NCBI GenBank assembly: GCA_029880265.1
Contig: JAOUOT010000002.1
Coordinates: 117,353 to 181,352 of the forward strand
Origin: Spirochaetia bacterium
GTDB lineage: Bacteria; Spirochaetota; Leptospiria; Turneriellales; JAOUOS01
Length of the DNA: 64,000 nt
Reading direction: 5' to 3'
Shown piece after piece: positions 32,424 to 42,470 of the stretch (its first letter is position 1; each line of letters starts with the position of its first letter). A program made the translations under genes and the position numbers. The notes below the pieces were generated by a model that was given only the letters and a program-made list of their open reading frames with translations, was not told the origin of the DNA and made no database searches.

Positions 32424-32510
32424 GGAGAGATGTCCGAGCGGTTGAAGGAGCAGCATTGGAAATGCTGTGTACGGGAAACTGTACCGAGGGTTCGAATCCC
32501 TCTCTCTCTG
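32424..32510 (+). tRNA. tRNA-Ser (GGA), CCA not encoded
   Basis: Acceptor stem GGAGAGA/TCTCTCT, anticodon arm CAGCA-TTGGAAA-TGCTG, long variable arm, GTTCGAATC T-loop and G discriminator. Confidence 0.97.
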
Positions 32511-32514
32511 AGTA

Positions 32515-32620
32515 CAGAAAGAAAGGGGTTTGAACCCGAATAACTTAGGTTTATAAAGGTTTACTTCGGCACGATAATGGCGAATCTCTGTCTTTCTGAT
32601 TTAAAAAAAGGTTTGAGCCC
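32515..32620. repeat. tRNA 3'-end-derived inverted and direct repeats
   Basis: 32515-32537 is a degenerate reverse complement of the tRNA 3' end; 32581-32599 is a degenerate direct copy. Confidence 0.65.
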
Positions 32621-33346
32621 ATGAAAAAAAAAGTATTCCTTATAGGAGCGGGTCCCGGAGATCCTACTCTATTAACTGTAAAAGCGGTTGAAACCTTAAA
32701 ACGATGCGACGCGGTACTTTATGATCAGCTTGTCAGCAAAGAAATCTTAAAATTATGCCCTAAAGACGCAGAATTTGTGTTCGCCGGTAAATATAAAAAT
32801 AAGCATATATTAACGCAAGATGAAATAAATAAAAAACTTCTTGATTTAACGCTTTCTCATAATATTATAGGACGACTAAAAGGAGGCGACCCTTTTATTT
32901 TTGGCAGAGGGGGCGAAGAAATTGAATACCTGAGAAATCATGGCATAGAAACCGAGGTGATTCCGGGAATTTCAGCGGCTCAAGGCGCGGCGGCGGCCCT
33001 TCAGATACCCCTTACTCACAGAGAACTTTCTTCAGAGCTGGTTTTTTTAACAGGACACAAGAAAAAAGATCTGGGATATCACGATTTTTCTCTGCTGACT
33101 CTTGAAAAAAAAACATATATTATTTATATGGGTATTTCTATAATCGAAGACATCATTTCAAAAATTCTTTCAAATAAGAATAATAACCCGCAAACGCCAA
33201 TCGCCGTAATTGAAAACGCAACAAAAGAAAACCAGAGAATTTTTACTGGAACGATATCGAACATTATGGAAAAAATAAAAAATAATCACCTTATATCTCC
33301 CACTTTGCTTATCATAGGAGACACCATATCGTTTATACAAGAATAA
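32621..33346 (+). CDS. cobA: Uroporphyrinogen-III C-methyltransferase (SUMT; CobA/SirA/NirE family)
   Basis: GAGPGDP.LLT, RLKGGDPFIFGRGGEE, IPGISA and IPLTHR motifs. Confidence 0.95.
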   Translation: MKKKVFLIGAGPGDPTLLTVKAVETLKRCDAVLYDQLVSKEILKLCPKDAEFVFAGKYKNKHILTQDEINKKLLDLTLSHNIIGRLKGGDPFIFGRGGEEIEYLRNHGIETEVIPGISAAQGAAAALQIPLTHRELSSELVFLTGHKKKDLGYHDFSLLTLEKKTYIIYMGISIIEDIISKILSNKNNNPQTPIAVIENATKENQRIFTGTISNIMEKIKNNHLISPTLLIIGDTISFIQE

Positions 33347-33501
33347 TATCTGCCGCGCACGGCAATTGCTTTACGCTTTGACCGAACCTTGCGCTTTACT
33401 GACTACAACGGCCCGCAAATCGCGGGTCTTATCTTGCCTGATCGCGCATTTATTAAAGTATTGAAGAAACAAAAAGAAGCTTTACCGTGCGTAACAATAT
33501 T
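33345..33501. ncRNA. Rod-shaped structured RNA, 6S-like candidate
   Basis: Closing stem CGCACGG/CCGTGCG with flanking pairs, central bubble, TGCGC/GCGCA stem and apical CCCGC/GCGGG stem. Contains TTTGACCGAAC. Strand is ambiguous. Confidence 0.45.
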
Positions 33502-33695
33502 TTAAATTATCCATGAAAAATATAAAGCGTATAATATAACATTAAGTAAGAATAATTCAATTAAATAGAATATTATAATAATAGAAATACTATAAAGTAT
33601 ATTTTACAATTAAATATTAATGTTTTTTACGCATAAAAATAAAATGCGCATACAAACGAACAATAATAAAATCAAAATTTTCAAAGAAGTAAACC

Positions 33696-35744
33696 ATGAA
33701 TATAAATCGAATAATTTATTTCACAATAATTTTTCTAATTTTATCTGTTACAACGGCAATTTCGGGACAAGTAACGTCGGCAGACGAGGCGCCTGAGGCA
33801 GAAAAAAAGAAGATAAATTTAATAGATATTGAATCTTATGAAATTGAAGATATAATTGAAAATGAAAACGAAGTTGACGGACCGGAAACTTTATACATTG
33901 AAACTGAATTTCTAAAGATAAAATTTAACGCATACGGGGCAAAGGTAACGTCGTTACAACATAAAGACGAAAATTCTACTCTTAAAAATAATATAGAAAT
34001 TGCTAAAAAAGAATTTCCTTTTGAATTTTATCCCGCAAGAAATCCTGAAACTTATCGAAACGCCGTTAATGAAATAAATTCTATATTTCAAAATTTTTTA
34101 CTGGCGGCAAAAGATATTTCAACCATTAAAAATTCTTTAAAACAAAAATTTGATAAGTTAAACTATGCATCTTCGGCTAATCTTTCTAATCTCTTATCAG
34201 ATCTTGAAAAAGAAATTGAAGAGCTTCCTGAGCAAAAAGCAAACGCTCTTTCGCTGCAGACAGATCTATCAAAAAAAATAAAAGAAATGCTCGCAAACGC
34301 GGGAAGTTTTTCAAGAAACATGATTCAACTTACGGCTGAAACAAAAAAAAAGCTGCTTAATAAAAAATACCAGCTTATAAAAACAGATTTTGACGGGGGA
34401 TTTCAGGTAAAAGCAATACTGCCTTTAACGGCGGTAATTAAAGACGCGAAATTACCGATAAAATTTATAAAAGAATTTATATTTTATAACAATTCTCATT
34501 ACTGGGAATTTTCCTGGAAAATAGAGAACTATTCAGATAAACAAATAAAAATATCGCACTTTTTTTTTCATCCTGTATCGCAGATTGGGCCGCCTCCTAA
34601 AAGCTCGTCGGCAAGAGAACAACATTCTTTTTTGAATTTTTATTATTCTGACGAGTCCTTTAAATCAGAGCCTACCTTTAATGAAGACGGCGCCTCTTCT
34701 TTCTTTTCATGCGCCTGTAGTTCCGGTTCGTCTGAGTTTCAAAATATCCGCTCCAGCATTGATTTCTTTGGAGGCTCTTCAAGATTTATGGTAATGACTT
34801 TTCAGCCTCTTGATAAAAACGCGGGTTTATTTTTATTGCCGTACAAATTGCCAAAAGAAGAACAAAACGCCGATAACAATAAACACGCTTATGAAATGCA
34901 AATGCAGACCAGATCGGTTGTAATTCCTTCAAAATCTTCTACGGCTCTTCGGTTTCTGGTTTATTCAGGGCCAAAAGTTAAAGAATTTACAAAACCGACG
35001 TCTGCCCAAATAAATGCTCACCCGAATCTGAAAAAAACTCATCCTGAGTTAAATAAAGGCTTTGATTTTGGCTGGACAGCCCCTATTCGCGACTTAATCG
35101 TAGGCATACTGAGTTTATTATACAAACTAATTCCCAACTATGGCATTGGCATTATTATTTTCGGCTTATTATTCAAAGCCGTTTTTTATCCGCTCAACGA
35201 AAAACAGGCTAAATCAATGAAGAAAATGCAGGCCTTGCAGCCGCTAATGAAAGAAATAAACGAAAAATATAAAGATAATCAACAGGAAAAACAGCGCAAA
35301 ACCATGGAGCTTTACAGAAAGCACAAGGTAAATCCCGTATCGGGATGTCTTCCTATGCTTATTCAACTGCCCATTTTTATCGCGCTTTATTCCGCTTTTT
35401 CTGACGCATACGAATTATGGAAATCTCCCTTCATAGCGGGTTGGATAAACGATCTTTCGGAACCCGACACGATTTATATTTTTAAATCATTGCCTTTACT
35501 CGGCGATTTTCACTTAAATATTCTTCCTCTGGTTATGGGTCTTACGCAATTTTATCAAACAAAAATTACCATGGTATCAGGCGACGCAAGCCAGAAAAAG
35601 ATTATGCAGCTTATGCCTTTAGTTCTTCTTTTTGTTTTCTGGCACATGCCCGCCGGGGTCGTACTATACTGGACGATAAACAATATTTTATCTGTATTAC
35701 AGCAGATTTATACCAATAAACGTACTGATAAATCAAATAATTAA
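33696..35744 (+). CDS. yidC: Membrane protein insertase YidC
   Basis: NYGIGII, SMKKMQALQP, GCLPMLIQLPIFIALY, WINDLSEPD and PAGVVLYW motifs. Confidence 0.96.
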   Translation: MNINRIIYFTIIFLILSVTTAISGQVTSADEAPEAEKKKINLIDIESYEIEDIIENENEVDGPETLYIETEFLKIKFNAYGAKVTSLQHKDENSTLKNNIEIAKKEFPFEFYPARNPETYRNAVNEINSIFQNFLLAAKDISTIKNSLKQKFDKLNYASSANLSNLLSDLEKEIEELPEQKANALSLQTDLSKKIKEMLANAGSFSRNMIQLTAETKKKLLNKKYQLIKTDFDGGFQVKAILPLTAVIKDAKLPIKFIKEFIFYNNSHYWEFSWKIENYSDKQIKISHFFFHPVSQIGPPPKSSSAREQHSFLNFYYSDESFKSEPTFNEDGASSFFSCACSSGSSEFQNIRSSIDFFGGSSRFMVMTFQPLDKNAGLFLLPYKLPKEEQNADNNKHAYEMQMQTRSVVIPSKSSTALRFLVYSGPKVKEFTKPTSAQINAHPNLKKTHPELNKGFDFGWTAPIRDLIVGILSLLYKLIPNYGIGIIIFGLLFKAVFYPLNEKQAKSMKKMQALQPLMKEINEKYKDNQQEKQRKTMELYRKHKVNPVSGCLPMLIQLPIFIALYSAFSDAYELWKSPFIAGWINDLSEPDTIYIFKSLPLLGDFHLNILPLVMGLTQFYQTKITMVSGDASQKKIMQLMPLVLLFVFWHMPAGVVLYWTINNILSVLQQIYTNKRTDKSNN

Positions 35745-35760
35745 AAAATAGGAGTATGAA

Positions 35761-36546
35761 ATGTTAATACTAGAAACGCATGCGATGAATGAAAAAGAGG
35801 CTTTAGATTTGGGAAGTCAATTTTTAGAAATTGAACCCGAATTTATAAGAATATCTCTTCAGAAAAAAGGTTCTACCGGATTTCTTGGCTTTGGCTCAAA
35901 AACGCCATCACTGTTTCAAATTGAAGCTATCGAAGGCAAGACGCCTGTTGATGCCGTAATAAAGGGCGTCGTTACCACGATTTTACAAAAAATGGGATAT
36001 AAAATAAATTTTAAAAAAATTGAAAAACTCGAAGACGGTAAAACATACGTAGAAATTGTTTCAAATCAAGCCGGGTATGTAATCGGAAAAAGAGGCAAAA
36101 CATTAGAATCTTTACAATTTTTAACAAATTTACTGGTTCAAAATTTTACCAAAGAACCGCCAAAGATTTTATTAGATCTTGAAAACTATAGAGAAAAAAG
36201 AGCAAATCACTTAGCTGATATTGCCAATAAAATTGCAAATTTTGTAATTAAAACTGGCAAAAGCCGCCTTATGGATCCTCTAAATCCATATGAAAGAAGA
36301 ATTATTCATATGACGCTTCAGGAAAACGAACTAGTAAAAACTGAATCTGAAGGCACGGGAGTTCATAAAAGAATCAGGGTTTTTCCCTCTCGTACCGGCA
36401 CTATACAAAATGACGATTCGCGCGAGGTCTCTGAAGAAGAGATTAAAGAACTAGAAGAATCTCTTGATTCATCTATTGCTGAAGAATCTGAAGAAAGTAT
36501 TGTCGAAGCTTTAGAATCTGCAGAATCTGTAGAAAATAATTCTTAA
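35761..36546 (+). CDS. jag: RNA-binding protein Jag/EloR/KhpB (KH plus R3H)
   Basis: GFLGFG, IGKRGKTLESLQ and ERRIIH motifs; lies between yidC and mnmE. Confidence 0.95.
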   Translation: MLILETHAMNEKEALDLGSQFLEIEPEFIRISLQKKGSTGFLGFGSKTPSLFQIEAIEGKTPVDAVIKGVVTTILQKMGYKINFKKIEKLEDGKTYVEIVSNQAGYVIGKRGKTLESLQFLTNLLVQNFTKEPPKILLDLENYREKRANHLADIANKIANFVIKTGKSRLMDPLNPYERRIIHMTLQENELVKTESEGTGVHKRIRVFPSRTGTIQNDDSREVSEEEIKELEESLDSSIAEESEESIVEALESAESVENNS

Positions 36547-36557
36547 AGACAAGTTTT

Positions 36558-37994
36558 ATGGCACGACCAATATGTGCCTTAGCGACTCCAATAGGCAGAA
36601 GCCCCGTCGCGATTATAAGAATGTCGGGAGAAAATACTTTTAAATTAATTGAAAAGATATTTTCTGCGGCGACAAAAGTCAACTCGCTACAAAATTCGCA
36701 TAAAACCGCATTATACGGATATATTCGTTATAACAATGTTATATTAGACGAAGTTATACTTTTGCCCTTTAAGAAGCCGCATTCTTACACGGGAGAAGAA
36801 TCTGCCGAAATACAATGTCACGGAAATCCCATAATCATAAAAAAACTGCTTCATGCTTTATATGAAATCGGCTTTGAAAAAGCGCAGCCGGGAGAATTTA
36901 CCAAGCGCGCATTTTTAAATAATAAATTAGATTTAACCCAGGCTGAAGCGGTTAAAGACATTATAGAAGCCAGAAGCGATAAAGAACTGCAAAGCGCACA
37001 ATTATTAAAAACGGGCGAATTTAGAAAAGTAATCTTAGAATTTAAATCTTCTTTATTAAACCTATATGCGGATCTTTCTGCAGAGTTAGACTTTTGCGAC
37101 GAAGATATTGAATTTATTTCTTTTGAAAATAAGTTAAATACCCTTTCTGATATCGTCAAAAAAGCAAAATCGCTTCTGCTTAAGTCTAATGAAATTCAAA
37201 AATTTCGCGAAGGTCTTGAGGCCGTAATATTTGGAGCGCCGAATGTCGGCAAATCTTCATTATTAAATCATTTTGCGGGCATCGAAAGAGCCATTGTATC
37301 AGAAATTCCCGGTACTACCAGAGATTTTCTGGAAATTGAACTTACAATCGACGGGATTTCCTTAAAATTGATCGACACGGCGGGAATTCATCAGAAAACC
37401 ATTGATAATATAGAAAAAGAAGGTATGCTAAGAAGCATACAAAAGACTAAAGAAGCCGATATTATTTTTATCTTATTGGACGGATCAATAACAGTTGAAG
37501 ATTCTTTTCTAGAATCTCCCATTTTTGAATTGGCAAAATTTGAAAATCTGAAAAACGCTTCTATATTTTTCTTGTTGAATAAACAAGATATTGCCCATAA
37601 ATCATGGCAGAAGAAAACTCTAAAAAATATATTTACAGATTTAATAAAAATAAATAATATTAATATAAATTCTTTTAAAGATATTTTCTTTCATAAAATT
37701 TCTTTAAAAACAAACGAAGGATTAGATTCTCTGCATGAAAAGCTGCGCCTTGAAGTACAAAATATTAGCCCCCATTTTGAAGGAATTATGATGGCAGAAT
37801 GGCAAAAAGATATTTTCAATAAGATTATCGACGACCTAAATGCTACAAAAGCTCTGATTGTTAACAAAGAACCTCTTGAAATTATTTTATCTTCGCTTCA
37901 AAACGCTATTGATAATATCGCTCTTCTCTTGGGAGATATCAAATCTGAAGATATCTTAGGCAGAATATTCAGTCGTTTTTGTATCGGAAAATAA
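36558..37994 (+). CDS. mnmE: tRNA modification GTPase MnmE/TrmE
   Basis: GEFTKRAFLN, GAPNVGKSS, PGTTRD, DTAG and C-terminal FCIGK motifs. Confidence 0.97.
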   Translation: MARPICALATPIGRSPVAIIRMSGENTFKLIEKIFSAATKVNSLQNSHKTALYGYIRYNNVILDEVILLPFKKPHSYTGEESAEIQCHGNPIIIKKLLHALYEIGFEKAQPGEFTKRAFLNNKLDLTQAEAVKDIIEARSDKELQSAQLLKTGEFRKVILEFKSSLLNLYADLSAELDFCDEDIEFISFENKLNTLSDIVKKAKSLLLKSNEIQKFREGLEAVIFGAPNVGKSSLLNHFAGIERAIVSEIPGTTRDFLEIELTIDGISLKLIDTAGIHQKTIDNIEKEGMLRSIQKTKEADIIFILLDGSITVEDSFLESPIFELAKFENLKNASIFFLLNKQDIAHKSWQKKTLKNIFTDLIKINNININSFKDIFFHKISLKTNEGLDSLHEKLRLEVQNISPHFEGIMMAEWQKDIFNKIIDDLNATKALIVNKEPLEIILSSLQNAIDNIALLLGDIKSEDILGRIFSRFCIGK

Positions 37995-37996
37995 TC

Positions 37997-39274
37997 TTAA
38001 ATCAGCTCAAATACCGATATTTCAGGGGGGCAATTAACGCGAAAAGGCATCCAATGCCCCAACCCCTGGTTTACATAAAGATGAGTGCCGTTTTCAAAAT
38101 AATATCCCTTATAGTACCTGTAAAAATTACTGCCAAATGACAGCGGCGATTCTCTGTCTTTTGTAAAGCATACCTGCCCCCCATGGGTATGGCCCGCTAA
38201 AACAAGATCGATTTTTTCTTCTCTAAAAAAAACAAACTCGTCTGGATGATGATTCAATAAGATTACAGGATCTTGGGAATTTACCTTTTTTAGCGACTCA
38301 TAAAAGAATTTTTTGGCCATCTGCATTCTTTTTTCTCTTTGACGCCTGTAAAAAATAGGATAATCAAGCCCCAATAGATTTAATTTTCCGTTTCCTCTTT
38401 TGAGAAGCGAAACGTCATTTCTAATTACGTTAACATTTGCATTTGTAAGCGTATCAGACACAAGCTGCGGATTTACAAAAAAATCATGATTCCCTAAAAC
38501 GGCATGTATTCCCATGGGGATTGATTTCGATAATCGGTAAAAAAATTCCTGAGCTTCTTTGGCGTAATATAAATTATCTATAATATCTCCCGTAACGACC
38601 AGAATATCCGCTTTAATTTCATTAATGGCCTCTTCGGCAACTTTCAGATATTCGCCGTTTACAATACTGCCTATATGAATATCCGCAATTTGCGCAATTC
38701 GCAAACCCTGAAAATCTCTATGCAAATTGTCTATTTTAATTTTATTTTCAACAACTGTAAAATGCTCTTTATTAAGCATCATTGTTCCATAAGCGCCCGT
38801 TGTTATGACAAAAGGCATCAAGTCAAATGCCCAGTCGGCGCTTTTTTTGAAAAAAGCTTTTCTCGATAAGATTTTCTTTTTCTTTTCATTTTTTTCGACT
38901 ATTAAATTTTTTATATTTTGTCTATTATTGGTTTTTAATAAATTTTTATAATATGCATTTGCTTTAATATACAATTTTTTTAACACAAAATATAACGCAT
39001 ATACGGGAAAAGTAAAAGCCAATGTATATTGCCATGCTAAAACAAAATAATGAAAAGGCATAATATAAATTATATCAATATATGAGCCAACGTTTTTTTG
39101 CAATAAAATATAAATAAAGAAATATGACTGGGTTATGAGTATTATACTCCAGTATAATTTTACAAATAAACTATACCATTTTTTTTGATAGAATCTTGAC
39201 CGTATTCTTCTGAATAATATATATTCAAATAACAATATATATGCCGTTATGCCTAGCAGTATCAATTGAAACAT
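37997..39274 (-). CDS. Membrane-bound metallophosphoesterase (YkuE/YaeI-like)
   Basis: N-terminal TMs; DIH, TGD, GNHD, HHP and GHTHGGQ motifs. Confidence 0.92.
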   Translation of the reverse strand: MFQLILLGITAYILLFEYILFRRIRSRFYQKKWYSLFVKLYWSIILITQSYFFIYILLQKNVGSYIDIIYIMPFHYFVLAWQYTLAFTFPVYALYFVLKKLYIKANAYYKNLLKTNNRQNIKNLIVEKNEKKKKILSRKAFFKKSADWAFDLMPFVITTGAYGTMMLNKEHFTVVENKIKIDNLHRDFQGLRIAQIADIHIGSIVNGEYLKVAEEAINEIKADILVVTGDIIDNLYYAKEAQEFFYRLSKSIPMGIHAVLGNHDFFVNPQLVSDTLTNANVNVIRNDVSLLKRGNGKLNLLGLDYPIFYRRQREKRMQMAKKFFYESLKKVNSQDPVILLNHHPDEFVFFREEKIDLVLAGHTHGGQVCFTKDRESPLSFGSNFYRYYKGYYFENGTHLYVNQGLGHWMPFRVNCPPEISVFELI

Positions 39275-39437
39275 GGGTTTTCTATATAGATTTTTTTATT
39301 TATATAGAAATATATATATGAATTTTAAGGCTTTGGCTTTTTTTTTATTAATCTTGACATATTTTTTTAAAAACGATTTTCAGTCATAAACGCTTAAAAA
39401 TACTGGAACTATAATGATTTTTACATAAGGATTCAAC

Positions 39438-39998
39438 ATGATAAATTCAAACCATATAAAAAGAGGGATGGCGCTAAAGATTGATCAGGATATTTTTCTG
39501 GTGCAAAGCTTTCAACATCACAAACCGGGCAAGGGAGCGGCCATCGTTCGTATAAAACTTAAAAGTCTTAGCAAGGGCACAACGCTTGAAAAGACTTATC
39601 GTTCAGGCGAATCAATCGAAGATATAGAGCTTGATAAGCGTACGGCTGTTTATTCTTATGAAGATACCGACAGCATAGTTTTTATGGATAACAATACCTA
39701 TGATCAAATCTCTGTACCCAAAGAAGATATCTCTGACATACTTCCCTTTATGAAAGAAGGTATGGAACTGACCATTTTGCTGTATGAAGAAAAACCCGTA
39801 AGTATATTGCCGCCAAACTTCATTGAACTCGAAGTTACCTACGCTGAAGAGGGCCTTAAAGGCGATACGGCCACTAACCCTACAAAAGAAGTAACGTTAG
39901 AAACCGGAGCCCATATACAGGTTCCTCTATTTGTAAAAAACGGAGATATTATTAAAATTGATCTGCGCGACTTTTCATACGTTGAAAGAGTCAATTAA
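39438..39998 (+). CDS. efp: Elongation factor P
   Basis: KPGKG, GLKGDTA and LETGAHIQVPLFV motifs. Confidence 0.97.
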   Translation: MINSNHIKRGMALKIDQDIFLVQSFQHHKPGKGAAIVRIKLKSLSKGTTLEKTYRSGESIEDIELDKRTAVYSYEDTDSIVFMDNNTYDQISVPKEDISDILPFMKEGMELTILLYEEKPVSILPPNFIELEVTYAEEGLKGDTATNPTKEVTLETGAHIQVPLFVKNGDIIKIDLRDFSYVERVN

Positions 39999-40007
39999 TT
40001 CTCAAAA

Positions 40008-41276
40008 GTGACGGAAAATAAAAATTCAATTTTAAGAATTTATAATTTTATCAGAGAAGGAAGTTTTAAAGAAGCTTCTGACGAAGCTTTTGAAATTATA
40101 AAAAACGACGGTAATAACTTTTGGGCCTTATTTTTAGGTTCCGTTGCTTATGGTTTTCTCGATAACAGAAAATATTTTCTAGAATATCTTGAAAAAGCAA
40201 AAGAGCTCGACCCTGAATCTCCATATCTTTGGTATTTAATGGCATATAGCGCCCTTTGGGAAGAAGATCTGGAAAAAGCTTTATGGTTTTGGACAAAGAT
40301 TACCGAAACCAGCGAAGGATGGCTCGCTAAAGAACTCATAGAAAAAGCCCGAAAAAGAAACTCTCTTGTTAAAATGGCAAACGAGGGGCAGATTTCTAAT
40401 TTTTTTATTTTGCCCGATTTCTTTAATGAAATAAAACCTCCCGATGAATCTCAAGAAAATGCTAAGCAAAAAAAAGTTACTATTCAATCAAAAAAGAAAA
40501 CAAGAAGAATAAATACTTCAACTCTAGATACTAAAAAATTAAAGCTGAAAATAAACCAGTATCAGAAAACAATCTTTATTGTATCGTTTAGCGCATTGTT
40601 TTTTTTATTGGTTTTTATTTTTAATGATAACATCATTAATTTATTCAATAACCAGCCTACCGACATACAATCTAAAGACGATAACCGCTGGATGAAATTA
40701 TCTATCGAATCAGACGCTTCTTTAAGCGGTTCTTCAGTAAATCCCCACCCTTTATATATATATCAAAACAGCGAAAATTTAGTTGGAGACTTTAACCGCG
40801 CAAAACAATTTCTTCTGGAAAAAAAAATTAATCAAACAAGATATTATCTTCAAAGAATTTTAAATTCAAACGCAGATTTTAAAACGAAAGAAAAGTCTAA
40901 AATATTTTTAAAATTTATTCCTGAGGTTGATTATGAAGACTTTGAAGATCTTTTGTTTGTCAGCGAGATAAGAAAAGAGCCCGAATTTTTCTACGACTGC
41001 CTTGTTTTATGGGAAGGACGTCTTGTTCGCTTAAAAGACGTCGAAAACGGAAAAGAGATAAGAATGCTTATCAATGAAAAAAATGTCGAATATCTTGTAG
41101 AAGGATTTTTGCGCACAGACGAAAAAAAACCGACATGGCTTTCACATGAAGAATTTAAGAGAAAAAAATATGACATCTCTACGGGCTCTCAAAAAGCCAT
41201 TGTCTACGGTAAATTCAAGGGTCTCTTGGGGGCCGAAAAAACGGTTTATTTAGAAATTATTTCTTTTTGGAACTAG
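40008..41276 (+). CDS. Hypothetical TPR-containing single-pass membrane protein
   Basis: N-terminal TPR-like helices, a central TM and a C-terminal OB-fold-like segment (VLWEGRLV). Confidence 0.65.
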   Translation: MTENKNSILRIYNFIREGSFKEASDEAFEIIKNDGNNFWALFLGSVAYGFLDNRKYFLEYLEKAKELDPESPYLWYLMAYSALWEEDLEKALWFWTKITETSEGWLAKELIEKARKRNSLVKMANEGQISNFFILPDFFNEIKPPDESQENAKQKKVTIQSKKKTRRINTSTLDTKKLKLKINQYQKTIFIVSFSALFFLLVFIFNDNIINLFNNQPTDIQSKDDNRWMKLSIESDASLSGSSVNPHPLYIYQNSENLVGDFNRAKQFLLEKKINQTRYYLQRILNSNADFKTKEKSKIFLKFIPEVDYEDFEDLLFVSEIRKEPEFFYDCLVLWEGRLVRLKDVENGKEIRMLINEKNVEYLVEGFLRTDEKKPTWLSHEEFKRKKYDISTGSQKAIVYGKFKGLLGAEKTVYLEIISFWN

Positions 41277-41279
41277 TAT

Positions 41280-42470
41280 TTATTTGACAAATTCAGATAT
41301 CTTTTCTAAAGCAATTTCTATTTCTTTAAGACTTGTCGCGTAGGAACAGCGAATAAACCCCTCGCCTTCTTGCCCAAACGCGGTTCCCGGAACTACGGCT
41401 ACATTTTTTTTATCAAGAAGAGTTTTGGCAAACTCCATAGACGTTAAGTTTGTTTTTTCAATATTGGGAAAAACGTAAAAGGCACCGGCGGGCATATTGC
41501 ATGAAAGCCCCATGCTGTTAAAACCCTTTACAATTAAATCTCTGCGTTTAATATAAGCCTCTTTCATATTATCGCGATCTTCAATTCCGTTTTTTAGAGC
41601 GGCTTCGGCGGCAATTTGGCCAAGCGTCGGCGCGCATAACATAGAATATTGATGAATTTTTAACATAGCTTTTATCCATTCGGTTGGTCCGCAGGCGTAA
41701 CCGATTCTCCATCCGGTCATCGCAAAGCCCTTTGAAAACCCCCCTAATAAAACCGTTCTTTCTTTCATGCCGTTAAAGGCAGAAATCGGTATGTGTTGAA
41801 ATTCATATGATAATTCTGCGTATATTTCGTCAGAAATTACAAGCAGATCATTTTCAATGGCAAAATCGCTTATTTCTTGCAGTTGTTTATGATTAAAACT
41901 CGCGCCGGTCGGGTTAGCCGGATAGTTTAGAAATAAAATTTTTGTATTTTCTTTCATCTGTTTTTCTAATGACTTCGCGTTCATTAAAAAATTATCCTGC
42001 GCCGATGTCGATACTGGCTGCGGCTCGCCCCCCGATAAAAGAATCATAGGATCATACGATACGTAGCTTGGTTTTGCGAATAAAACTCCGTCAGATTGAT
42101 TTATAACCGATCGTAGAGCCAAATCTACCGCTTGAGAAACTCCTACCGTAACAATAATTTCTTCGTTTGGATCATAATAAACATTATACTCTTTTTGAAG
42201 ATACCTGCTGATTTCTTTTCTTAGACTAAGCAGACCCTGGTTACCCGTATAGTGAGTATAGCCTTCTCTTAATGCCTCAATTCCGCTTTCTATTACAGCC
42301 TGCGGACTTACAAAATCAGGCTCTCCCACGCCTAAAGAGATACAGTCTTTTCGATGAGCGACAACGTCAAAAAACTCTCTAATACCAGATGGTTTTAGCT
42401 CTCTTACTTTATGATTTAATCTTAAAGAAATATCTTTTTGATTTTTAATATTTGCGGTTTTCTCATTCAT
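41280..42470 (-). CDS. PLP-dependent class I/II aminotransferase
   Basis: GEPDF, NPTG, SDEIY, FSKGFAMTGWRIGY and VPGTAFG motifs. Confidence 0.95.
   Translation of the reverse strand: MNEKTANIKNQKDISLRLNHKVRELKPSGIREFFDVVAHRKDCISLGVGEPDFVSPQAVIESGIEALREGYTHYTGNQGLLSLRKEISRYLQKEYNVYYDPNEEIIVTVGVSQAVDLALRSVINQSDGVLFAKPSYVSYDPMILLSGGEPQPVSTSAQDNFLMNAKSLEKQMKENTKILFLNYPANPTGASFNHKQLQEISDFAIENDLLVISDEIYAELSYEFQHIPISAFNGMKERTVLLGGFSKGFAMTGWRIGYACGPTEWIKAMLKIHQYSMLCAPTLGQIAAEAALKNGIEDRDNMKEAYIKRRDLIVKGFNSMGLSCNMPAGAFYVFPNIEKTNLTSMEFAKTLLDKKNVAVVPGTAFGQEGEGFIRCSYATSLKEIEIALEKISEFVK

Noticed and set aside
39279..39310. Inverted repeat TTTCTATATA/TATATAGAAA between the phosphoesterase gene and efp
   Set aside because: It is low-complexity AT sequence, so a function cannot be supported.
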